Assembly: GCA_903885795.1 (NCBI GenBank)
Contig: CAISJV010000007.1
Location: 75,455-139,454, forward strand
Source: an uncultured delta proteobacterium
GTDB lineage: Bacteria > Desulfobacterota > Syntrophia > Syntrophales > UBA8958
Direction: 5' to 3'
Length of the DNA: 64,000 nt
In this document: positions 9,296-17,331 of the stretch, piece by piece
How the letters are laid out: each line of letters opens with the position of its first letter
Numbering within the stretch: the stretch's first letter is position 1
Made by a program: the position numbers and the translations under genes
Notes under the pieces: generated by a model
Told to the model about the DNA's origin: nothing
Databases searched by the model: none
The model's input: only the letters and a program-made list of their open reading frames with translations

Positions 9296-11841
9296 ACATC
9301 CTTATTCAATGCCAGCAGGGTTCTTTTGATATTTGCCTCTTTAAGATTCGCTTTGCTGAGCTTCGCCTGGTAAAAATCAACGCCGTAAAGGTTCGAGAAC
9401 TTAAGGTCCGTCCACATCAGGTTCGCTTTGCGCAGCGAGCCTTTGAAGAGATTGATCCCTCCAAGATTTGCCCCTTCAAGATTTGCCTTGGCGAATTTGG
9501 CTTCTTTGGCAACGGCCCTTACTAAAATGGCTCCGGATAGATCCGCCCCAGTAAAATCGGCCCGGTCCAGCTTTGTTTCGTACATCTGCGCCCGTGCCAG
9601 TTTCACCCCTTCCCAGGAGGCATCTGTCAGATCGGTACGGTAAAAGCGCCCGTCCGTAATCTCTGTATCTTTATCGGCCCGTGAGCCTCTGAGGGAAGAG
9701 AAGCCAAATACAGGGGAATTTCCCTTGACGCCAAAAAGCCTGATTCCGTCGGCGCGGACATGGAAAAACGACGCATGTGATATCTGCGCTCCCGTAAGAT
9801 CCGCTTCGCTGAGATCCGCTTCATCGAACTTGGTCTCCCTGAGATCAGCCCCGGCAAAGAGGGATCTGACAGCCTTCACTTTCGAGCATTCCGCCTCCGT
9901 CATGATTGCCTTTTCGAATAAGGCTTCCGACATCGTGGCTTCCATAAGATTTACAGCTGAGAAATCCGAGGCCGTAAAATCACCCCCGGTCAGATCGGCT
10001 CTTTGCAGGGAAGCTTTCGCAAACTTTGCCTTTCCTGCACTAACCTGATTAAGCAAGGCATCATCCATGACGGCCGCACTAAAATCACTTTCCGTCATCA
10101 AGGCACCCGTAAATCGTGCGCCCGTAAGTTTTGACTTCTTAAAGATGGCCCGCTCCAGGGTAGAGTTCGAAAAGTCGGCCCCCGGCATCACCTGACCTGA
10201 AAAATCAAGCCCCGTCATATCAAGGCCGCTCAGAGATAGTCCCTGCCAGTATTTTTCCAGAACATATTCCATGGTCACAATTGCCTCTGCCTGAGAAGGG
10301 ACCGGCGGCTCCGGGGGAGGGGCTTGGGCTGCTTGCGCGGCCTTGACCGCCGCCTGCTTCTCCAGGTTGTCGAGGGAGGTCAGGGATTCCTGAACGAGCT
10401 TTTCCGTCTCCTTGAACTGCGCCTCGATCTCCGGCTTATGGATACCCGCCTTCCGCAGCCCGGCAATGATCTCGTCAGCGGATGGCAGCGGCGCCTCGGG
10501 CTTTGGCGCCATGATTTTCTCTATATCGGTGGCAGTAATCCCGAATTTTTTCATGAAAGCAGTGGTCTGCTTTTCCACAGCGGCCACGGCCACTCCCAAT
10601 TCTTCCAGGGATCCGGCGGCCGCACGTTCTTCCACGGGGAGAAACTGTTTCACAACGGTGTCCGGATCGAGGCCGGCCTTCCTCAGCATCGCGGCGGTTT
10701 TGGCCTCGAAATCCTGGGCTTCCTTGAGGAGTGCCGCCAATTCAGGGTGGATATCCGGTGCTTTTGCGGGCGCTGCCATCGGGGCCGGTTCCGGAGACGG
10801 CGCTGCGGCAGCGGCTTCTGCCGGCATCGCCATCGGCGATAGTTCTTCCTGAAACATCCGGCCGTATTCCTCGATGGATTTCGGCGGTTCTTTCATGGAT
10901 TCCCATTGGCCATAGAGATGGAGAATATCCTCATATTCCTCATCCGCCACGGCGACGGCCCCTCGATACAGAAGAATGCCGACGTCCCGGTCCGGGAAGA
11001 GCCAGAGGGTCTCGGCCCGGCAGGGAACCTCCCTGAATATCTCCTTGTTTCCCTCTTTTTGATGCACGAAGATACGGGCCCGCAAGGCGGGCAGGGACGA
11101 CTTGAGCAACGGCTTCCGGGGATGCATATTGCCTATTTCTATTTTTTCATCGCCAGTAAAGAATCCCGGTAAGCGCTGATCCTCCGGGGCGGCGTTGAAT
11201 AACTCCCAGTTCGTGTCTCTGGGGAAATGGGGCCAGTCTTCCAGAAGCCACTTGTCATCAACCTCGCCCATGTGGCGCAACCGCTGAGGCCAAGTGATTG
11301 GGTAGGCCGAAAAACCAGCCGGTTGAACCTGGTCATCAGGAGATCCGACAAGCTGGCGGGGGTCCTGGACATTGGGGATGGGCGTTTCCCCCGTCGCGTC
11401 GGGGAGCGTCCCTTTTCCCAGGGGGTTCTCCGGGAAATCTGGCCCTCCGAAGGCATTGGCGTAACGGATGGGCATTTTGGTAAATGATTCGGGATTCTCC
11501 GCGCCCATGAGATCCCAGTGGTGATTGCCGAAGACGGCCAAGGTCTTTGTCATACCGCCCACATGAATTGATACTTCGGTGGCCCGAACGGGTTTAGGGG
11601 AGAAGGCGCTCCCATAGACGAGAAATTCCCCCCGGACCTTGGGGACGCCAAAATCGAAGAGCTCGTCCTTTTCCATGGCCGCTTCGATGATGGGCCACAT
11701 GTCCTGCTCGTCGATGAGGCGGTTGGGGGCGGCCTCATCCAGGGCGAAGCAGGCGCAGACGGCCATACTGAGACAGAATTTACTATGAATTTGTGCACTC
11801 TTGTGCATCAGAGCCAGGTTTTGCGGTTTCATGATCTTCAT
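9292..11841 (-). CDS. DUF2169 domain, Ala/Pro/Glu-rich linker and pentapeptide repeats (849 aa)
   Basis: MKIMKPQNLALMHK..FGVPKVRGEFLVYGSAFSP..LAVFGNHHW..YANAFGGPDFPENPLGKG. The C-terminal ~300 aa are pentapeptide repeats. It is a close paralog of 22614-25130. Confidence 0.88.
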   Translation of the reverse strand: MKIMKPQNLALMHKSAQIHSKFCLSMAVCACFALDEAAPNRLIDEQDMWPIIEAAMEKDELFDFGVPKVRGEFLVYGSAFSPKPVRATEVSIHVGGMTKTLAVFGNHHWDLMGAENPESFTKMPIRYANAFGGPDFPENPLGKGTLPDATGETPIPNVQDPRQLVGSPDDQVQPAGFSAYPITWPQRLRHMGEVDDKWLLEDWPHFPRDTNWELFNAAPEDQRLPGFFTGDEKIEIGNMHPRKPLLKSSLPALRARIFVHQKEGNKEIFREVPCRAETLWLFPDRDVGILLYRGAVAVADEEYEDILHLYGQWESMKEPPKSIEEYGRMFQEELSPMAMPAEAAAAAPSPEPAPMAAPAKAPDIHPELAALLKEAQDFEAKTAAMLRKAGLDPDTVVKQFLPVEERAAAGSLEELGVAVAAVEKQTTAFMKKFGITATDIEKIMAPKPEAPLPSADEIIAGLRKAGIHKPEIEAQFKETEKLVQESLTSLDNLEKQAAVKAAQAAQAPPPEPPVPSQAEAIVTMEYVLEKYWQGLSLSGLDMTGLDFSGQVMPGADFSNSTLERAIFKKSKLTGARFTGALMTESDFSAAVMDDALLNQVSAGKAKFAKASLQRADLTGGDFTASDFSAVNLMEATMSEALFEKAIMTEAECSKVKAVRSLFAGADLRETKFDEADLSEADLTGAQISHASFFHVRADGIRLFGVKGNSPVFGFSSLRGSRADKDTEITDGRFYRTDLTDASWEGVKLARAQMYETKLDRADFTGADLSGAILVRAVAKEAKFAKANLEGANLGGINLFKGSLRKANLMWTDLKFSNLYGVDFYQAKLSKANLKEANIKRTLLALNKDV

Positions 11842-11859
11842 AGGTATTGTTGTTGTCCT

Positions 11860-14676
11860 CTACCCTAATTGGATGACCTGGTTTCCGATGATTTTCAGCG
11901 GTCCCGCTTTGATTTGTCCTGCCTGCGAGAAAGACAGTTCTATTCCTTCATCTGAAATCTTTATGCTATTACTTCTTCCCTGGCCAATGCTAACCGAGTC
12001 ATCGTCTATTTTTACGAATCCACCACCGTTTCGCCCTTCCAGAGAAACCCCCTCGTCCAGGGTTAACATGCCGCCGTTGGGCTTATTTTGCAGGATGGCC
12101 TCATAGGCGTTAATGGTCAAACTGCCCCCATTGTCTCCGATTTTTTCAATGATAACAGAATCTCCCGTAGGCATCCGGATACGGAAAGAACCCTCATTAT
12201 TTATTTCAATGGATGTCGAAGGTAAATCTGGCATAATGCTTATGAAAGAAGTATAATTTTCGTCGGCACCGATGCCCATCTTGATGCCATTATTGGGCTC
12301 CATTTCGGAATTGGTCGTACCGGCATGGATTTTAATTCCCGAGTCATCCAGTTCAATATTTGATATAGGATGGACAATTTCCGTGTTCAGCTTCTTTATC
12401 AGATACTCCAGTGCCGCTACCTGCAGACCCGTGCCAACCACGATAGGGGCCATGCCAACCCCCATCTGCTTCATGGCTTCAACACCGGTTTCCGGATCAG
12501 GAAACACGGCACCACCAATGTCGCCGCCTGCGCCTGCGAGAAAAGCCGCCAGCGCAGCGCCGCCAAAGACCAGGGTTTTGGCCAGGGTTGACAGTATGGC
12601 CCTCTCGGCCACGGGGAGGCCGGCGGAAATAGTTATCTTTTCCGTGCCCATCAGTTCATCTTCGTCCTTGATAGTATCCTTGGTTTTTCCGAACTCAACA
12701 TGATGGCCCGCTCTGTATTCAAGATTGCCGGCAAATTCAAACGCGCTCTTGATGGCCAAAGCGAATTCCGAGCTAGTGCCCAATATGGCGTCCAGCCTGG
12801 AGCCGACGGTCACATAGTTCTCGGAACCGATGATAAAGGAATCCGCCTGCCCCAGGACCAGCTCATGCTTGTCGCCCGAGGATTTGACATGCATGACGCT
12901 TTGTGGTTCCTCCCCGGACTCCCCTTTATCGCCCTTAGCTCCGGTATCACCCTTGCCTCCGGTGTCTCCCTTATCGCCTTTTTGCCCTTTGAAGGCCCCT
13001 TCCTGAGTTCCTTCTCCTCCCTGTCCCAGATAAATCCAGTTGCCATTACTTCCAAAAGGGCTGAAAAGATACATGAATTCCTTCCCAGGGGTATCGTCCA
13101 TCACAAACTGATTGCCTCCCGGGGTCTTGATTACATGCTGTTTCGGATTGATATCCGTAACCACGTTGAAGTTCTGGGAGTTGAAGACGGCGCCGCTGAT
13201 GACGGGGAGATCGGGGTCGCCGTCCCGGAAGGAAAGGACAACCTCCGCCCCCTTGTGCAATGGGAAATTCATGCCATGGGTCTTGTCGCTCGTCCCGGCG
13301 TAAGGGCTCTCCATCCGCACATGGTAGGTATTCGTACTTTTCCCCCATTTTGTGCTGAAATCGTCGCCCCCTGACTCCGGCGCAAAGGGAAGCCTCACTT
13401 TGTAGCGACCAAAGGTCGGATCTATGTCCGGTGTCTCCGTCGACAGATCCCCGTCGATAACCGCATTCATGGTAGCGTGTATCTTTGGCTTGGGCGTCAG
13501 GCGCTGGGGTCGGAACTGCACATCTTTAGGAATCATCGTAAAGGTGTTGTAGTACTGGAATTTCTGCTCAACCCCCGTCAGCGGCTGTTGGCCCTCATGT
13601 GCAGCATGGATGATCAGGTAATCACCGGAAAAGGTCTGACCGGGATCGTCAATGGTAATCAAAGTCCCGGGGATCAGGCCCGGTCCCGAAGCCATCCCGT
13701 AATAAACCTTGGTCTGGCAGAATATCTCTTCGGCCCTGATCCCGGCCAGTGCCTGACCTTCCTCGGTAGTGCTGAAATTCTCGCCATAGATGGTCTGCAC
13801 CCTGCCCGTAATTTCGGTCGCAGGACCCACATCCGCCGTTGCCGACATGGTCCCCATCCCCGCCGTGTTGTAATTGTAATTCCTCAATACCACCTTCGCC
13901 GGAAAGGCCGCCTGGTGCATGATCAGGGTAAATATCGTCTCCGGCGCCGGTCCGGGTCCGGGCGCGCCTACCTGTTTATACTGCAACGTCTTCTTTGACG
14001 GGGGATGGGATAAGCGCGTATCCGTAATTACCATCTTTTCCGATTTCACATCCTGCAAACTATCATGCCAGGTCTGATCCTGCTCAAAATAATAATAGAC
14101 CCCTTCCCGCTCCATCAGGCGCTGGAGAAAGTCGAGATCGTTCTCCTCATACTGGCACACATAGGACCAGCGATTGTATCCCGCCGGCAAAGGACTATAG
14201 TGGGTCCCCGTCAACTTCAGCTTATAGTCGAGAGAAGTAAACCCGTTGTCCCTCATAACGCCATCGATGATATCACCAAACGGCTTCCCGACATAAATAT
14301 CCGAACGCGTGTTGAGGTAAGGAAGAAACATCTTCGCCCGGAGCCGAAGCTCATACTGAGTGTAATCGCCAACCCGCTGGACCTGACGAAACTCCGTGAC
14401 GATACCGTGATAGTAAGAAAAATGATTCCGGACCACCATACATAAAACAGCGGGCCGCAACAGCACTTCCCCGAGCAAGGCCGGTATATTGTCCGTCGTG
14501 GAACGAAGGGTGATGTAAAAATCATAAATAAAGGAAAGATTTTCATCACCCGTAAACTTGATCACCTCGAATTCCGGCTGGACAGGATCCTTGTCGTTGT
14601 AAATGAGGCTGAAGGTAAAATAATCATCCGGAGCTCCGCCAACGTATGTCAAATTGTCCCACGTGTCCTGTTCCAT
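11860..14676 (-). CDS. vgrG: VgrG, copy 2 (938 aa) with collagen-like run, hydrophobic hairpin and beta-rich tail
   Basis: NRWSYVCQYEENDLDFLQRLMEREGVYYYFEQDQTW, HGMNFPLHKGAEVVLSFRDGDPDLPVISGAVFN. The first ~530 aa are highly similar to 19908-22595. Confidence 0.93.
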   Translation of the reverse strand: MEQDTWDNLTYVGGAPDDYFTFSLIYNDKDPVQPEFEVIKFTGDENLSFIYDFYITLRSTTDNIPALLGEVLLRPAVLCMVVRNHFSYYHGIVTEFRQVQRVGDYTQYELRLRAKMFLPYLNTRSDIYVGKPFGDIIDGVMRDNGFTSLDYKLKLTGTHYSPLPAGYNRWSYVCQYEENDLDFLQRLMEREGVYYYFEQDQTWHDSLQDVKSEKMVITDTRLSHPPSKKTLQYKQVGAPGPGPAPETIFTLIMHQAAFPAKVVLRNYNYNTAGMGTMSATADVGPATEITGRVQTIYGENFSTTEEGQALAGIRAEEIFCQTKVYYGMASGPGLIPGTLITIDDPGQTFSGDYLIIHAAHEGQQPLTGVEQKFQYYNTFTMIPKDVQFRPQRLTPKPKIHATMNAVIDGDLSTETPDIDPTFGRYKVRLPFAPESGGDDFSTKWGKSTNTYHVRMESPYAGTSDKTHGMNFPLHKGAEVVLSFRDGDPDLPVISGAVFNSQNFNVVTDINPKQHVIKTPGGNQFVMDDTPGKEFMYLFSPFGSNGNWIYLGQGGEGTQEGAFKGQKGDKGDTGGKGDTGAKGDKGESGEEPQSVMHVKSSGDKHELVLGQADSFIIGSENYVTVGSRLDAILGTSSEFALAIKSAFEFAGNLEYRAGHHVEFGKTKDTIKDEDELMGTEKITISAGLPVAERAILSTLAKTLVFGGAALAAFLAGAGGDIGGAVFPDPETGVEAMKQMGVGMAPIVVGTGLQVAALEYLIKKLNTEIVHPISNIELDDSGIKIHAGTTNSEMEPNNGIKMGIGADENYTSFISIMPDLPSTSIEINNEGSFRIRMPTGDSVIIEKIGDNGGSLTINAYEAILQNKPNGGMLTLDEGVSLEGRNGGGFVKIDDDSVSIGQGRSNSIKISDEGIELSFSQAGQIKAGPLKIIGNQVIQLG
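12907..12987 (-). repeat. collagen-like G-X-Y x9 coding repeat inside vgrG-2
   Basis: My translation reads GQK GDK GDT GGK GDT GAK GDK GES GEE, in frame with the ORF (starts at codon 564). Confidence 0.85.
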
Positions 14677-14724
14677 AAAATCTCCCTAATTAAAGAGGAC
14701 CTTCATCAAAATTATTAATGTAAT

Positions 14725-15120
14725 TCATGACATGATCATGACCTTGTTCTGGCTCGGCGCCAATACGGAACCTACGGCATTGCCATCGTTCTGCTTGGTC
14801 ATATTGCCAAGGAATACCGCAGGATTGCCCTCCAATTTCACTTTCATGCTCCCCACGAGAAATTCCGCGGGACCCATGATTTTGCCGGAGGCAACACCCT
14901 GGTTGACGCCTCCCTGATCACCGTTCGTCGGTGATATCTTCGAGGCCTTCGTCAGCGCGGGCATGCCGTTGATCAGAACCTTGGTCGTGACCGGGTTGCC
15001 CATCTGGGGCATGCCGATGTTGGGGTAGGGAGTCGGAATGGGTGGGGCCGGCGGGGCCGGAGTCAGGCAGACATCAGGCATGGCCATAAGCTGCCCATTT
15101 TCTTTGGTAACGGCAAACAT
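14725..15120 (-). CDS. PAAR-like DUF4150 protein, copy 2 (131 aa, no extension domain)
   Basis: MFAVTKENGQLMAMPDVCLTPAPPAPPIPTPYPNIGM...NKVMIMS. By eye it is about three quarters identical to 26848-27243. Confidence 0.85.
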   Translation of the reverse strand: MFAVTKENGQLMAMPDVCLTPAPPAPPIPTPYPNIGMPQMGNPVTTKVLINGMPALTKASKISPTNGDQGGVNQGVASGKIMGPAEFLVGSMKVKLEGNPAVFLGNMTKQNDGNAVGSVLAPSQNKVMIMS

Positions 15121-15138
15121 GATATAATCCCTCCTATG

Positions 15139-15795
15139 CTAACCGATGTGTATTTTCTCACCGTCGATGGTAACTTCCTCCTCTGAGATCAGGGAGGCAT
15201 GGCCCGCCTTGACGGAGAAGCGATCCTTAACTATTGTCCGGATTCTGCCGGCCCTTATCTGTTCCAAATTTTCTATCCAGCGGAAACTGTCCCGGACCCG
15301 CTCCGTAGCTCTACCGATTACGCTGTCGAGGATATCGATGACCTGGACGGCCTTTTTGCTACGCACCTCCAGGATGCTAGTCAGGAGAGAGCAAACCGCA
15401 AAGCGGACCTTTCCGGAGATACCGGCAATTTCGATCTCCGGCGCTTCCAGGGCAACGCTCTTATCGCCGCAGACAATAATGTCATCGGCCTGTAGCTTTA
15501 GCGGTCCCGCTTCCGTCCGCAGGCTGGCCTCCCCGGGAAATACCATATCGTAACATGCCCCGACTTTATCCAGAACCATGAGGATGTAGCCGCCCGCGGC
15601 AACATCGGCGGTTATCAGCACCCGATCTCCAATATCCGGCTGGAGAAGACATCCCTCCGCCTTGCACACCCAGAGGGAGACCCCATCGTCAGCCTCGATC
15701 CGGTAGCGGTCCTCCCTCCTTTCCATTACCAAACCATAGGCCAGGGACACATGCCAACAGGGTGCATTCTTTCTCAATACGGCAACATTTGTCAT
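15139..15795 (-). CDS. DUF3540-like protein, copy 2
   Basis: 218-aa paralog of 314-946 and 26208-26834, ending ...EEEVTIDGEKIHIG. Confidence 0.7.
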   Translation of the reverse strand: MTNVAVLRKNAPCWHVSLAYGLVMERREDRYRIEADDGVSLWVCKAEGCLLQPDIGDRVLITADVAAGGYILMVLDKVGACYDMVFPGEASLRTEAGPLKLQADDIIVCGDKSVALEAPEIEIAGISGKVRFAVCSLLTSILEVRSKKAVQVIDILDSVIGRATERVRDSFRWIENLEQIRAGRIRTIVKDRFSVKAGHASLISEEEVTIDGEKIHIG

Positions 15796-15907
15796 GGTGA
15801 CACCTCTTTAATCTATAATAAATATTCCCGCTGTCTCATCGGCGCATCTCATAATTTCCGGATGACCTGGAGAGGTACCCAAATGTTCCGCCTCCAGGAG
15901 CCCCGGG

Positions 15908-15944
15908 AGTATAAAGAAATCCCTTTCTAATGTCAAAATTATTT
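15908..15944 (-). promoter_or_regulatory. sigma70-type promoter upstream of the DUF3540-2/PAAR-2/vgrG-2 operon, twin of 8325-8361
   Basis: The minus strand reads AAATAATTTTGACAT tagaaagggatttctt TATACT. The -35 is at 15936-15931 and the -10 at 15913-15908, with a 17-nt spacer. Confidence 0.6.
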
Positions 15945-16002
15945 CAGTCCCGAGGTAATATAAATATGGTGTCACACCTTGTATTTTTCGGTCAATATCT
16001 CA

Positions 16003-16031
16003 TTGACACATCGGACGGTCCATCGTATGTT
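16003..16031 (+). promoter_or_regulatory. candidate divergent sigma70 promoter for the channel / sheath-like operon
   Basis: TTGACA (16003-16008), a 17-nt spacer, then TATGTT (16026-16031), about 125 nt upstream of the ATG at 16157. Confidence 0.45.
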
Positions 16032-16040
16032 TTCCAAACT

Positions 16041-16078
16041 CATCCTCACCCCTGCCCTCCTCTTGAAGGAGAGGGAGA
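16041..16078 (+). repeat. REP-like GC-rich palindromic element, copy A
   Basis: catcctcacccctgccctcctcttgaaggagagggaga contains the hairpin ccctcctc/gaggagaggg-type stem. Related copies are at 43000-43038 (+) and 51091-51130 (-). A second hairpin, cccctttggcaaagggg, follows at 16091-16107. Confidence 0.55.
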
Positions 16079-16156
16079 AAGGTGCATTTCCCCCCTTTGG
16101 CAAAGGGGGAGGCGAGGGTGATATGCGACGTACATTATCCGGTGAAAAGGTAGCGA

Positions 16157-17320
16157 ATGTTAAAACGGATTTTGATACCGATCCTGTGTTTCGTCCTGTT
16201 GCAGTCGGGCGTTTGGATCATGGATGCCGGATGGACGTCAGCGTCTGCCGCCGAGAAGAAGCTCGTCGTCGGCATTGCCAATGATCCGCCTTATACATTC
16301 AAGAATGAACAAGGGGAGTGGGTCGGAATAACGGTGGATCTCTGGCGCCACATCGCCCGGGACTTGAAACTGGATTATTCCCTGAAGGAGATGACCCAGG
16401 AAAAAGTCTTGAATTCCCTCCAGAATGGCTCTGTAGATTTATCGGCCGACGCCATTATCATCACCTCGGGACGGGAACAGCGTTTTGAGTTTACCGTGCC
16501 CATTGCCAGCACGAGGGTAGCCGTGGCAACCCTTTACGATAAGGAAGATCACCCCTGGCTGGCAGCCCTGAAGATATTCTTTTCCTGGGGCACCTTGAAG
16601 ATTCTCATTGTCCTGCTGATGATATTGTTATTACTAGGATTTATCTTTTGGCGAATCGAGCGGAAGAGCAACCCCGAACATTTTGGCGAAGGCCTGATCC
16701 GGGGTATTGGTTCGGGCATTTACTGGGTGGGGTCGACCATGACATCGGGCGTATGCTTCGGCGTCAGCTTGAAATCCATCGGCGGCAGGGTATTGGGTCT
16801 CCTTTGGATGCTGATCTGCGCCCTCGCCTTGAGCGCCTTTATCGCGTCCCTGAGCTCTACCCTTACAACCCATCATCTCAGTGAAACGAAATTAAGCGTC
16901 GATAAGTTGAGAAGAATGCACTTGGGAACGGAAGCGGGGTCGGTGCCTCATTCCATTGTTGAGAAAATTGGCAGCCGGACGACGTTTCTCAAGGGTGAAG
17001 AAGACGTCTTGGCGGCACTCATCAGTAAAAAGATTGACGGTTTCCTATACGATGAGGCGACACTGCAATATTACGCAGAGGGAAAATACCGGGGAATCAT
17101 TACCGTGCACCCGACCAGTTTGAAAGAGATCGTCATTGCCTTTGGATTGCCCCATAGCAGCCCGTTGCGGAAACCGATCAACATATCAATGTTGAAACTT
17201 CTCGATGAACCGGTGTGGGAATCCATCCTGAGCCGTTACGGTCTGGATAGTAATTTTGAAGCAAGGCACATTGTCATCAACAGGGAAAAGAGACATAAAA
17301 CAGTTGCAAGCGACGAATAA
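16157..17320 (+). CDS. GluR0-like ligand-gated channel: periplasmic binding-protein lobes interrupted by a TM-pore-TM module (387 aa)
   Basis: Signal peptide, then an SBP type 3-like lobe (KKLVVGIANDPPYTF..GEWVGITVDLW). This is followed by TM1 (ILIVLLMILLLLGFIFW), a pore-like loop (IYWVGSTMTSGVCFG) and TM2 (LLWMLICALALSAFIASL). A second lobe completes the protein (IDGFLYDEATLQYY). Confidence 0.65.
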   Translation: MLKRILIPILCFVLLQSGVWIMDAGWTSASAAEKKLVVGIANDPPYTFKNEQGEWVGITVDLWRHIARDLKLDYSLKEMTQEKVLNSLQNGSVDLSADAIIITSGREQRFEFTVPIASTRVAVATLYDKEDHPWLAALKIFFSWGTLKILIVLLMILLLLGFIFWRIERKSNPEHFGEGLIRGIGSGIYWVGSTMTSGVCFGVSLKSIGGRVLGLLWMLICALALSAFIASLSSTLTTHHLSETKLSVDKLRRMHLGTEAGSVPHSIVEKIGSRTTFLKGEEDVLAALISKKIDGFLYDEATLQYYAEGKYRGIITVHPTSLKEIVIAFGLPHSSPLRKPINISMLKLLDEPVWESILSRYGLDSNFEARHIVINREKRHKTVASDE

Positions 17321-17331
17321 GGACAAGAACA

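Noticed and set aside
15979-16284. 101-aa ORF (and 15930-16121) covering the REP-like element and the start of the channel gene.
   Set aside because: The translation (..LILTPALLLKEREKG..) is the typical artefact of reading through a GC-rich palindromic repeat. The ORF overlaps a better-supported gene start with a signal peptide.
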